A stretch of 64,000 nucleotides of DNA, from contig JAVECO010000012.1 in the NCBI GenBank assembly GCA_051942205.1, positions 1-64,000 on the forward strand. The letters are read 5' to 3'. The notes below the pieces were generated by a model. The model made no database searches. It was not told the origin of the DNA and worked only from the letters and a program-made list of their open reading frames with translations. This document shows positions 47,960 to 61,104 of this stretch, in pieces (within the stretch, counting starts at the first letter, position 1; every line of letters begins with the position of its first letter). The translations under genes and the position numbers were made by a program. Source of the stretch: Coniocarpon cinnabarinum (taxonomy: Eukaryota).

Positions 47960-50508
47960 ATGTCAGGCGGTCAAGATGCAAAGCTTTTTGCTCGAGTAGG
48001 TGCTTGAAAAATTCAGCAAGAGCCCGTCAACTCGCCTCTAACAAGCATTATAGGGCAAAGTCGCCGAGCTTCGAGCGGAACTCGAAGCAGGCGGGCGGCG
48101 TGATAAGAACTACTCTGCAAAAAAGGTTATTATTATATGATCTCTCCGAGGAGCATTTCAGACTCACTCACGATCTCAGGTGGCACTCAAGAAGATTGTT
48201 GCAAATATGACTATGAATAATAACGATATGGTCCTCCTATTCGTAAGTTGGCTTCAGCTTAATCACGACATTCTAAGTGTCACAGGTGCTCATAATTTCC
48301 AGCCGGATATCATCGCACAAATGCAGATAGCTTCACTCGACATTAAGAAAATGTGAGCAAGTGTGGTTATCGAAACGCGCTGCAATGCATCTAACGTGGC
48401 TGGAAAGGTGCTATCTTTACCTCGTGAACTATGCTCGGGCAAAACCACAGGAAGCGGTCAGAGCTTTACCATATCTAATGGACGATCTCAACGACACAAA
48501 TCCACTCGTACGAGCATTGGCACTCCGGACTGTCTCGTACATTCATGTCCGCGAGTTCGTAGAAGGCACGGTCTCGCCATTGAAGAAGCTTTTGAAAGAT
48601 ACTGATGCCTACGTGCGGAAGACAGCTGCGCTGTGCGTCGCAAAGCTTTATGACCATGATCGTCAACTGATCGAGGGCACTGACCTCATTGATCGTCTCA
48701 ACTCCATGCTCAGAGATGAGAACGCAACTGTCATATCAAATGCTCTAGCTTCGCTCGTTGACATTTGGAATCGCTCGGAAAACATCAAGCTGTCGCTTGA
48801 TTACAATAATGCTTCAAACATTGCACAAATCCTACCATCGTGCAGCGAATGGGGCCAGACATACATTCTTGAAGCTTTTACTTCATATATACCCCAAGAT
48901 TCCAGTGAAGCGTTACTGCTCGCAGAGAGGATATCTTCACTGCTTCTGCATACGAACGCAGCTGTCGTGCTCACTACTATACGGTGAGCTAAAACCGTCC
49001 AAGCTCGCAAACTTTACTGATGACTTGCGCAGAGTGATGATGTACCTTTTCAATTACATTGCAGACCCACGTTCCATCGACAACCTAGCTATGAAGCTTT
49101 CGCCGCCTCTAGTCACTTTGCTCTCCAAAGGTCCTGAGATTCAGTATCTCACACTACGCAACGCACTTCTAATCCTGCAACGCCGGCCAGAGGTTCTCCG
49201 AAATGACGTGAGAATCTTCTTTTGCAAGTATGACCAATTCTGTGGTGCCTGTATTTGGCTCTGCGCATTACTGATGTACGATCAGATACAATGATCCCAT
49301 ATACGTTAAGGTGACGAAGCTTGAACTGATTTTCATGCTCGCAAACGAGAAAAACATCCAACAGGTCCTTGCCGAACTGCGCGAGTATGCTACCGAGATT
49401 GATGTCCATTTCGTCCGCAAATCAGTCCGTGCTATCGGCAAGCTGGCGATCAAGCTTGAAGCAGCTGCACAGTCCTGCATTGATGCACTTCTGGAGCTAG
49501 TGTCTACGCGTGTGAGTTACATCGTGCAGGAAGCCACCGTAGTCATCAGGAATATCTTTCGAAAATATCCGAACCGTTATGAAGGCATCATTAGCATCTT
49601 ATGCGAGCATCTGGACTCGCTCGATGAGCCTGAAGCAAAAGCCGCCATGATCTGGATCATAGGTCAATATGCCGACCGCATCGACAACTCCGAGGTCTTA
49701 TTAGACGACTTCCTGTTTGCGTTTAAAGAAGAAACGTATGAAGTCCGTAAGTAGAGCTTCACTTCCCAAATCTTGCAACATGTCGATGGAAGCTGATGTT
49801 GCCGATCAAGAACTGGCACTGCTTACAGCAGCAGTCAAACTCTTCTTATTGAGGCCAGCGGCAGGGGCGGAAATAGTCCCCCGTGTGCTTGAGTGGGCGA
49901 CGGCGGAGACTGACCACGTAAGACCATCCCAAACATGGCCAAACGAACGACTAACTTCTCTGTGTCAGCCGGACTTACGGGATCGTGGGTTCTTCTACTG
50001 GCGGCTTCTCAGTTATAACAACACAGCCTTGGCGAAGCAAATCGTCATGGGACAGAAACCGACGATTACCGCCGAATCTGAGAAGCTCGATCCTGTTACG
50101 CTTGAAGAAATGTGTCTCAACATCGGTACCCTTGCAACAGTGTACCTGAAGCCAGTGAACCAGGTCTTCAGACAGGCGCGTACCAAACGCCTGGCAGACA
50201 GTCCAGCGCTACAAAAGCAGCGACTGGCTACTCTAAATGCAGTAGCAGGACACCATGATCCGTTACCATTACCTTCAGCAGCGCAGCCAAGCGTAAATGG
50301 GCACGTCCAGCAAACTGCCCTTGATCAGGCAGACCAATACTTCGCTGGCAACATGGCGATGGATGTCACACAAGGTATGGCAGCCATGCACGTTGCGGAC
50401 GAGAACCTCTCAAGCCCTGTGGAAGGCGGTGGCATGCTGGTCAATACATTTCACGGCAACATAGCCCCAAGTCCAAACATGGCCCAGCAAGACGATCTTC
50501 TCTTATAG
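47960..50508 (+). CDS. APL1: Clathrin adaptor beta subunit (AP-2 beta type), multi-exon
   Basis: [99 protein letters not shown]. Confidence 0.92.
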
Positions 50509-51073
50509 AATAGCGTTCATGAGATGCAGCGATACCTCTCTGAGAGTGCCGATGCACGCCCAGGTCTCCCCTTCGAACTTCAGATTTCCAGCAGACCAAG
50601 ATAATCCTTCGAGACTTGTGTTCGGCATTGCCCTTTCGACAACGGGAGCTCCTGGTTCTGATATGTCAGAGATGTCAAGACCTTTGAAACTACTGGGAGC
50701 ACTGATTCGCGCGCTTGTTGCTACGATATCAGCTACCACGGACTGAACATGACATCAAGATGGAAGAAAAGGAAGAGGAAGACCAGTGCTAGTTGAATGC
50801 ATTCAGTGATGACCTGGATGTCAGCAATATTGACAATCTTCGCCGCAGCACGTGATTGAGCGAGATCGGCACCGATATCGCGCCGACGCCTTTGATCCGA
50901 ATACGGAAGGCACTTTGAGACCTCGGACGATCTGCACCGACAACAGGTCATTGTCTACGTAGTCTCAAATTCGGTGGTAGCGTTGAGTCTATCATGGTGC
51001 TGACGCTAATCGCACGTATTTATCCACGTGTTCTCAGGATGGACTATCATCGATTCAAACACGAGCGCAGACC

Positions 51074-53627
51074 ATGGCGGCTGAGGGAGCAGTGAGCTCT
51101 GCGACCTCTGAAAGGGACTCTGTACCCGAGAGTCCCGCATATGAATCAGCGGAGGCGCTAGATTTCGACAAGGATGCGCAAGGGATGCAGCTGCAGCGTG
51201 ATCACGCAAGTAAGTCAGGAACACCTTCATGTCTCACCTCCCTGCATGTTCAATACCAAAACACCAAAATGCGTATCTGCTGTCATGCTTGCCCTTGCCA
51301 TGCTTTCTATCTGTGCGCTAGATGACAGCTAGACTCTTCAGAAAAGATGGCAATGATTTGATGGCCGATTCACCGTGTTTCCTCGGCTTTGTAACGTTTC
51401 TCAAGAGCACTCCCTTGCTGACAAGCTGCATTAGGTGAGTTAATAGTATTTCCACAGTTTCAGCATATGGAGTTGTTCTCTCGGCAACTTTGAGGCCTTG
51501 TCCTCCGCCTGTACTCTCTGTGTCTTAGAGATCATCTACTAGACTGGTGAATAGCAGTACAAGCTTTCTGCAGGGCCATTTATGAAATGGTTGTGGAAGA
51601 TTTGAATATATTAAATATGAAATACACAGTCTAGCTCATTACATGCTAACAGCGTTCTTAGGCGAGCATGCTCAGTATGAAGATCTATCAGACAAAGTGT
51701 CACATGCTGGTGACTTTGAAGAACATGATCCGCCGTCGATAACGCCCGACGACAGCAAGTCAGCCAGACAGGACCATGAAATCAGCAGTGACTTGGAGAA
51801 GACCGTAACAGCCTCAAGCAAGGTCTCCGTTCACTCGGTATTTAGTCCAGCTCGGAAGAAGTTCATCGTCACGATGGCTGCGTGTGCAGCCTTCTTCAGC
51901 CCGCTGTCGGCAGCGATATTCTTCCCCGCTCTCAACCCGCTCGCACATGATCTACATGTCTCCAGCGGACTGATCAACCTTTCTTTGACGACTTATATGA
52001 TTTTCCAAGGGCTCGCACCAACTTTTATGGGTGACTTGGCCGACACTGCTGGCCGTCGTCCTGCGTATCTTATTGGGTTTGCTATTTGTGAGTACCAGAC
52101 CGCGTGAGAGACCGCAAGCTCAGCACTGATACTGTGACGAGATATTGGCGCTTGTATTGGGCTGGCGCTTCAGACGAACTATGCTGCACTGCTTGTGCTT
52201 CGATGTATTCAATCTTCTGGCTCCTCGAGCACGATCGCGCTTGCTTCAGGAGTGGCCAGCGACGTTGCTACGGCTGCTGAAAGAGGCACCTACATGGGAT
52301 GGGTGAATGGCGGAGCTCTGGTTGGTCCTGGTACGTGTGCATCACACGGCCATGAGACCATTTCATCAGACTAACCACTCATCAGCATTGGGTCCAGTGC
52401 TCGGTGGTATTCTGGCTCAGTTCTTGGGCTGGAGATGGATCTTTTGTAAGGGAGTGTCTCTGCCACATAGGTTATATAACAGCCCCGACTGACCCCATTC
52501 AAAAGGGTTTCTCACTATTCTCGCTGGCGCATTCGTTGTGCCACTCATCTTGTTCTACCCGGAAACGTGCCGCAAGGTCGTCGGCAATGGATCCATTCCA
52601 CCTCCACTGTGGAACCGCGACCTCATCAGCATCATCAAAGACCGCAGACAACGCAACAAACTCCCTTCCCTTCAACGCACCGAATCCTACCACTCCGCAA
52701 AGTCCGCACGCGCAGCCATGACCGCAAAGCGCAAAATCGGCTTCCCCAACCCTTTGAACACTCTCAAGCTACTCCTCTATAAAGACGTCGCCATGCTCCT
52801 CCTCTACAACTGCTTAGTGTACACGGCCTTCTACGACGTCAACGCCAGCATCCCCTACCTCTTCGGACAAATCTACGGCTTCGACGAGCTCAAGATAGGT
52901 CTCTGTTATATTCCTTATGGCGTTGGATGCTTCCTTGCTCCCATGATCAACGGCCGAATCATGGATGTTATGTTTCGGCGCGTTGCCAAGCAGGTTGGTA
53001 TGCCGGTTGTCAAAGGTCGAAGCAATAATCTGAGGCATTTTCCGTTGGAGCGAACGCGGATTCCACTTGCATTCACGCTGGTACTGATTGGGAATACGAC
53101 GCTTTTGGCTTATGGGTGGGGGTTGGAGGCTAATATGCCGCTGGCCGCTTCGTTGGTGTTGCTGTTCGTTATGGGGTATACGATGACTGGCTCTTTCAAC
53201 TGCTGCAGTGAGTACTACGAGTGGCTTGCCAGTTATTGTTGCGTAGGAGACATGTTACTAACGACTGCGCAGGTGTCATGCTCGTGGACTACTATCCCAA
53301 CAAGTGAGTCCGCTGCTCATAGACGAAGGCAATTGCGACGCTAACGACCTTGCACAGTCCAGCAGCAGCGACAGCATGCAACAACCTCTGTCGATGTCTC
53401 CTCGGAGCCGGCGGCACAGCTGGTAAGTCCCGCACCCTTCCCACAAAATGACAAGGTAACTCACCGCTCCAGTCATAATCCCCATGATCGAATCCATGGG
53501 CCGTGGTCCCTGCTTCACTTTCATAGCCGGAATCATCTACCTCACGACACCAATCCTGTGGGTTCTATTGAAGTGGGGACCCAAATGGAGGGAGGAGCGG
53601 ATGCAGCGACTGGATGCGCAGAAATAG
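51074..53627 (+). CDS. MFS drug:H+ antiporter (DHA1/Qdr-like), multi-exon
   Basis: FFSPLSAAIFFPAL, motif A GDLADTAGRRP, GP|ALGPVLGGILAQFLGWRWIF, FYPETCRKVVGNGS, and the end KWGPKWREER...QK*. Confidence 0.92.
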
Positions 53628-54428
53628 GCATGATGAGGATGAAATACTAGTTCAGTACAAATGGTATGGAGGTTATTATACATAAATGCATTCGTTATCA
53701 ACTATACTTTCGTGTCTTCATTTCGCGCCCTATTCGTGCGCCAGGGGGTTTCCTCGACGGTAGTAGTGGCGGAGGGTCTGCCAGTGCGGGACCAATAAAG
53801 GCAAGCGCTTGTCAGAATTGAGTCCTCAAAACTCTCGTCACGAATTCTCGTCGTGGGTATCAAGATCTCCATACATGTCCAACAGATCATCGCGATCTTG
53901 TACATCCCTCTCCGAAAGTTTCCAAGTCGCACTTCGACGTCTTTGCTCTGCTCCCGTATTCTGCAGCTGGTGTCCATTGATCAGTCGTCATGGCTTGTTT
54001 GTCAGACACTGGTCCTGTGCCTGTTCTGTTATCCTGTTAGGAGTAACTCGTCAGACTGGAGCCCGGACCATATAGGTGCAGGAGGTTATTTACTGAGCGG
54101 TGCCGGATCGCGAGGATATGTCGTGATGGCGGGCATTTCTCCATATGCGACTCGTGCGGATTTATTCTTCACGCGGTCGCTTCGTGCCCTCGCTCTTTGG
54201 TCTCTCTATGTTCTGGCCGCTGTTGTCTTGAGCGTCGTCTCTCGCTCGTCATTCGCGTAAGGTTCAGAGCGCCGATGGCTCGTGATTTCGCGTGCTCGGA
54301 TTGTTCCCGCTACTCCACTTTTCCATTCGCTGGCTTTGTGCTCTTATCTCTTGGAATCATCTCTGAGACTCATGTCTGAGACTCATCTCATTTCTCGTTC
54401 CCATCTGATCGCGTATGCCAGGTAACTG

Positions 54429-56212
54429 TTAGACCATGTCCGATCCCGTCAGGTGCACGCGATCTTCTGACCTCCCCAGTCCTCTGGTGCCATCGGCGTT
54501 CGATCCATTGTAATCGTATCCCTTCTTCCTCTCACCCAACTCATACTGCTCATACCCCTCCGAATGTCCCGAACCAGAATGACCAGACTGCCCCGACCGC
54601 TCCGATTTCCCGCCTTCTCCCGCCGAAGAAGGCGAGCTTGATTCCTTCTTTCCTGCAGCCATGGCCCCTCCCGATCCACCACCTAATCCACGACTTGAGC
54701 CGCGGCCCGATCCGCGGCCAGATCCGCGACCAGAGGTGCTGCGTAACCTCAGGGGACGAAGACTTGAGGAGAGGGACGTGCGGAGGGAGGTAAAGAACCC
54801 AGCGTGTTCGCGGAAGATTTTGGAGATGGCGGGGGCGGAGACGCAGATTATGCCGGCGCTTATTTCGATTATACTGTGTCTTTTCGTTAGTACCGTCTGT
54901 TGTGGGAAGTTTTGGAGTGGGTAAGGGGTCATGAAGGTATTGATGTAGGGAGGAATGTGGTTGGAAATGCCAGCAAATAGGGACGTTACGAGGTGGTCGC
55001 TGTTAACATGTGGCTTGGGTGCCTTGGACGCCTGGTGGGTGAGAGACAGGGAGTTGACTTACATCATGATATGAAGGTTAGCCAGGCGCCAGTTGATGTC
55101 GTCGCTGTTCTGTCGACCGACGCGGTAGTAGGTACCAAGTGCAGAGGCGACAACGGCACTGCAAGTGAGTCGGAACATTAGCAATGACAATCGCTCGTTG
55201 GTCGCTTTGAATGTATCTGTACACTCACAGCAAGCCTGTCAAGAAGATGGCAACGACACCGATCTTCTGCTTCATCGGCATATGTAACTTCATGACGGCT
55301 CGTATCGGGAGGACGAGTAATACAGTATCAATAGCCAGGCCGATGGCTCCAGTGGGGATTGATAAGCCGTTCGCTCGGGCCTCTCGCGCCGTAAAGATAT
55401 GCGCGCCAAATGTTTCGTGACGACTCGGCGTTTCAAACACAAACAAGGCGACGGTCGCGGCGATGTAGAAGGCGCTGGAGATGGCGGCACCGATGTAGAT
55501 GCAGATGCGCAGCCATTTGTACGGCCAGAAAAGATTGAGGTAGAGTAGGAAGACGGCGAGCTTTGTAAAGCCCAGTGTGGGTGAGATGACGACGCTCTCG
55601 ATGTATTTGCCCTAGACATGACTGCTTAGTCTCTGAAAATGTATCGTATTCGCAGAGCGCTATTTACTTTTGCGTTTGCCGGGCTGATTGAAGTCAGAAG
55701 GCTGATGTCCCATTGATGCTTGCCAAGACCGCCATCGACAGATGCTATGAGGAGGATCAGCATGCGCGTGTCCCTCAACACGCAGTTCATGCGGCGTAGG
55801 CGCTTACCCCAGATGTCGGCCGCATAGGCAACTATGCAACCTGCCTGTCGCCCAGTGGCTCAGCAATGGTGTCCGGCATTATAAGTAGATCAGTGGATCA
55901 GGGTCCAAGTACATACCATGGCAAGCACCACGAATACTGTTGCGCAGACTGTTAGCTCTTTGAGAACGGGATTTCGGAAACCGATTGCAACGCACGATCA
56001 TCCCAGGAAAACCGTCGCACGATTCGCGCCTTGACATAGGCGCGACCAGTGAAGAATATCAAAGCGAGTACGATGAAGACAGTTTCGACGGCAATGATAG
56101 CAGCTTCGCGATTTGTTGGATTGACGAAGTTGGGTTTCACGCCCGGTGGCGGATGACCAGACGGGATCTGAGCCAATTGCGCAGGCGGTAATTTGAGGTA
56201 GCGGTCCGCCAT
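54429..56212 (-). CDS. PTH11-like integral membrane protein (no CFEM domain seen), ~7 exons
   Basis: PPPGVKPNFVNP, RAYVK..FSWDD, GLGKHQWD, FTKLAVFLLYL, DTVLLVLPI.AVMKLHMPMKQKIGV..IF.TG, EISAGIICVSAP; includes a 20-nt exon. Confidence 0.88.
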
Positions 56213-58073
56213 CGCGAGAATTGAGCGTTATCAAGGTCTTGATGGGCTGACCATGAGTTAAGGAGGGGCGGCCGGCAGTAGTTGCTAGACAAAAACATTC
56301 AGACCTGGACTGTCGACTCGAGAATTATCACGCAAAAGACATACATTGGCAGATCTTCGAACACTGAGAGTCGGTGCGCAGGCAAACAAGGGGGCGAAGA
56401 ACTCGAGCAATTCAATCGCAGGCTCGGGCCCGAGGATTGCGCAACCCAAATGGGCCGTCGAGGCGAAACGCGATAGGTCTAGTGGATGTCGAGACCAGGG
56501 TCGCAAACCAAGCAGCAAGAAGGGTGCCGTTCACATTGTCAAGATCAGCTGAGGATCTTGTTGGCGACAACAACAGGAAAGATGCAGAGGACGAGATTAA
56601 TAGGTGTATGGGAGACGCAAGTCCTGCGCGTTAGCGGACTGAGCCCATGTGAGGTACACAACGTGGTGAGGAACGCTTTCCGTCGCGGATCATGTAGTGG
56701 CCTGAAACGATCATTTGGGTTGGGATGAGGAAGATGTTGATAGGATGAAAAGTGGTCAATCAGCACGTCGTCCAGAAAGGGAGAATGCCCAGTCCGGGGT
56801 CTGCAAGGTACTGCCTCGCAAAATGAGACTTTGTCGCTTGTGTGGACAGGTGCTGTGCGCCGTCGGGGTGGCCGTGGACCGTGGGAGAAGGTCGAGGGCA
56901 GGTGGGAGGAGGAGAAATCGCTCCGTGCGGTGCGTGGCGAAGATAGCATGACTCAACCAGCGCATCGACGTGCGCGTTCATCAAGGGTCGTCCCGTCTGT
57001 GCGAGGGACGTGCGCCGCCGTCCAATACATGGCGACGGCAGTGACGATGCTCTACTTGCCTCTTTGTGCGTAGTCGACGGGCGGCAGTCGAGCTTGCAAT
57101 GACTGCAGGTGAGACGGGATGTAGAGGGTACATGGCAGTGTGCAGATGGAGGATGATTTGTGTGTGAGGAGAATACGACAAGGACGAGCAGGCGGGCGAA
57201 GACCGACGTTGAGCCAAGCAATGGGAAGATCGCCGCCACCCTGCCCTAGTCGGCGCCACTGGGCTTGACCGCCGGCACTGCGGATGCGCTAAGGGAGCTG
57301 GTCGCGCTAGCGAGCGGGGACCCAGAGCCTGTGTGGTCATTGCACGCCAATCAGCAGCCGGCACGTGATCTGCGCTCGTATGGCTCATCTGCCCGACCCG
57401 GCCCAAACCTCTCGTCCCAACCTTCTCCTGAGTCTGACTTCACCTTCAGCCAACGACACCTATTCCATACTTCTTGCTGACCCACGGTGCAAGAGCTTCG
57501 AATGGTCCCAATTTGAATGTAGCGAGCTCAGCGCTTCTTGCATCCCGCACCTGGCGTGTTTCGAGCTGCTGCATCGAGCAACGCTCCTCCGAGACAGGCG
57601 GCAGGAATCAATGTCACATCCTTGCCGCATGCATCAAGACACCCCACACAACCCTGCTGGCCCAGCAACACTCCACGACCCACTCGCTCAACCCACGCTC
57701 ATCGCCGTGCCCCACTTCCATGACTGTCGGATCTCTTGGAATCAGCTCTCGACACCCAGACCCCACTGGGAACACGCTTTCGACTTCCATGTCGTGGTCT
57801 GGGGAGGTGGACATCATGTTTTAGCCAAAGCCTAGACCGCGTTGCCGGCAGTCCAGAGTCGTTCTGCTGAGAGGCGCCCGTCTACTTCGTGCAGTCGAGG
57901 CTAGAAGTCTGCAAACATATGGCTGTAAATCAGGACTGAGGTCGCACATAATGTAATCATGCTGTCCAGCAGCTCACCGAGGCTGTAGCGGTCAAGCTGG
58001 TTTGATAATTCAGCCACAGTCATCGGAGGAGAGGCAGACGACTAATGACGCGCTGCGTCCTCTGCATCGCCCA

Positions 58074-60355
58074 ATGGACAGCGCTCTTTATCATGTGTGC
58101 CTTCTACTGTCATGGCATCCTATTAGGTAGGCTCCGCGCATCCCGAATAGGTCCTGCGCGCCTCCGTGTCTTAGATCTTGTCTCATGTTGCTGTCGACCA
58201 CGCTCGAGTGGAGGCCGTCGACTCTGGTCGAGAGCTCTTCACTTGCGCTCCTCTTCATCATTTGGGTAGTCTTACGGGCTTTGAAACCTTTCTTTACCCA
58301 CCGACCTGTAGGACGCTCAGGTCCAATACCATACTAGGGCTTTACTCATGAGTTTTAGAATGGCATCGTAATAGCAGGGTGGCCGACGACGGTCGGACAC
58401 TGGCTCACGAGCGCGCGCTTTTTCGTTGCTAGCGTCTCCATTGGAGATGAAGCGTACCGCAAGGTGACCAGTCTGTGACGCAAGCTAATGTTCCGTGATA
58501 CTAACCATGGCATATACAGGCCGATTCAAGGCCTTTCGCAATTCCAGCGGACGGGCACTTCCACGTGTGCATCTCAAGTCGCAAACATCTGAACGACTTT
58601 GAGGCTGCCTCGCCGGAGCAGCTCTCTTTAAATGACTTCCTCATCGAGGTGAGAAGCTGTTCAAACTTCCATAGGACATCTTTCAGCTCATCAGCACGTT
58701 TTTTAGACGTTGTCTCCCAAGTATACTATGAATGGGTATGAGTTTGATCGCCAGGATCCTGCAAATAAGACATGGTCATACGTCCTATCACGGGGTCTCA
58801 GGCCAAGTCTTACAGATCTTCAAAGCCGGCTGCGTGCCACAATTGAGCATCAGTTTGACAGAGTTTGCCCTCTCGACGCGGATGAGACTAGTGAGTCCTG
58901 AGTCACCTCTTCTACGTGAAGTCAGGATCGAGATGTTGCGTTTGCTAATGATAACAGGTACTGTTGTTTCAGTCGCATCTCTGGCTCGTGAAGTCGGGGG
59001 CGCTTTGAATTGTCTCGTTGTTTTTGGAGAACGGTTTGGTGAGCTATGGCTCGGTCTGACCGGTGGACTGCATCCGACTGACAAATGAAGCGTCCTCACA
59101 ACGGAACATTGACAATGCTATCAAGTATGCACGAGACGCTGCGGTCACTGCAGAAGTCCTCAAATTCATACCCGCTTTCATGCAAGAGTAAAGGTTCCAC
59201 TGGCAACTCGGTCCTTGCTGTGTCCCGGCTGATGTGTCGTAGTGTTGTGGGGCATCTGGCGATGAAGTTGAGTGGCGCAAATGATCAACTCTTCGCTTCA
59301 GTTCGTGAGATCGTCGAACAACGAATGTCGGAAAGCGCTAGCGGCACTACTCGTCACGTAAGTGTTCAATGGTCACTCGACATCGCCCGCTGGAATCCAG
59401 CGACTGACAAGTGACAGCAAGACGGCGTCCAATGGATGATGGAGGGCCTGCAGAGGAGGAACCTATGCACCCCAGACATGCTGACGAAACGTCTTATTTC
59501 TCTTCAGTTTGCTGCGTCTTTTACGGCTCCTCACGTAAGATCCGCAGGTCTTAAAGTCCACGCTCGTTACTTACCTTTCTCAGTACATTGCGTTTGCAAT
59601 GTATCAGCTCTGCAAGCACCCAGAATATCTGCAGCCGCTTCGAGAAGAACTTGACGCGACCGATGAGGAGTCGATGCTCGGAGTCTCAAAACAAAATGCG
59701 CCGCTTCTGGACAGCTTTCTGAAAGAGACGGCAAGGACAATACCACTTTCAATGAGTCAGTCACACCAACGTTCCATCTTTGAAGTTCGGCTGACCTTCG
59801 GCTTTAAAGTTACGATGGATCGCAAAGTCATGCAACCGTTTACGTTTTCTGATGGGACGCACGTTCCTGCAGGCAACGTCATCTGCGTCCCAGAGTACTC
59901 TATCATGCATGATCCTGCAAACTACCGCGACCCTCTGGCCTTTGACGGCTTTCGGTTCGTAGACAAGTCATCAACAAGCGCGCCCACTTCAAGGTCGCGG
60001 TTCTCACATCCGAGTGCTACGTTTCCCTTTTGGGGCTCACCGAGACGCTCATGGTAAGTAGCCCTGGAAGTACAAAAGATTGGCGCAGGGTGTTGACATG
60101 ACAATGCTTCTCAGCCCAGCACGATTTTACGTGTCAGCAATCGCAAAGCTGATATTGTCCCACATCATCAAGCGTTTTGACTTTGATCTTGGCGACACAT
60201 CCGCAAAACCGTACATTCTGTGGGGGCCACACTTTGTACCTAGCCCTCGGATGAAAATACGATTGCGCAGAAGAAGGGAGCCGAGTGTGATTGAACGCTA
60301 TGCGCAGAGCCGATGCGAGGGTCCAAGTCACTACACCGGCGCTGCTTGTAAATAG
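58074..60355 (+). CDS. Cytochrome P450 monooxygenase, about 10-11 exons (start uncertain: 58074 or ~58185)
   Basis: TM anchor LALLFIIWVVL, LCKHPEYLQPLREE, LDSFLKETAR (ExxR), FDGFRF. The heme Cys codon is split by the last intron: WGSPRRS-C-PARF. Confidence 0.88.
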
Positions 60356-61104
60356 ATCATAGGGAGAGTGCTCTTGAGCGTCCAGTGCGTCTGACGATGG
60401 GTGCTTTCGTTGAAACAAACATGCTGTCATTAGTCTGCTGTAACGCTGCTCGGCCTTCTGCCATATCTGCATTGACCACGGAGCGAAAACGGAGCGACAG
60501 ATTGTAGGGATACCAGAGAGCCGAAATAATCTAAGCTGCTGACCGAACCCTGGGATCTCGCCTAATGGTTCGGTGATAAGTTCACAGGCGCGGCCTTAGC
60601 CCCCCGGTTGTCGCGGTTGTTGGCGCTCCCCTCCTGAGGTGAAATCCGCAAGCGAGCGAGAACCGCGAGCGTGCTCGTTTACCAACGCCCACGTGCCCAA
60701 CACCATCCGCGACGGCCACGGAGATGGAGTGAACGACGGCGGCCTCGAGCAATCAGAGCAGGCTCTGCAGGGACGACCACGAGACGGCAACGTGGTGCCG
60801 GCGCCAAGCCGAGTCAGAATAGTGAGCAGCCGGGCCCTTCACCAACGTTGCACTCGTCTCGTCCTCTTGGCCATTGGCTCCTTGACTGCGAAACCGTTTG
60901 ATGTCAATGCATCGAGTGACTCGCTCGACACCTTCTCCATTGTGCTTGCTCGACAATGGTCTCCCGTGTCGCCACTTTGCGTGTCGCCGGCGCAGTTGAT
61001 AAAGCTGCCTCTTTCGCTGTGATCCATGGCTGTGGGGCGTGTACTGTTCCTGCCACGAGTCCTTGCCTGTTCGGGCCATTAATATTCGCCTTCTTATATC
61101 GACC

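Noticed and set aside
54874..55061. Weak internal splice-like signals in the long PTH11-like intron (and FAD oxidase intron 61781-61976)
   Set aside because: Internal donors (GTAACG, GTGGTC) and branch spacing are too poor to support nesting.
56300..57900. Many overlapping 60-160 aa ORFs between the PTH11-like gene and the P450
   Set aside because: GC-rich divergent promoter/UTR with CCAAT and CACGTG (~57347-57367); no coherent gene model found.
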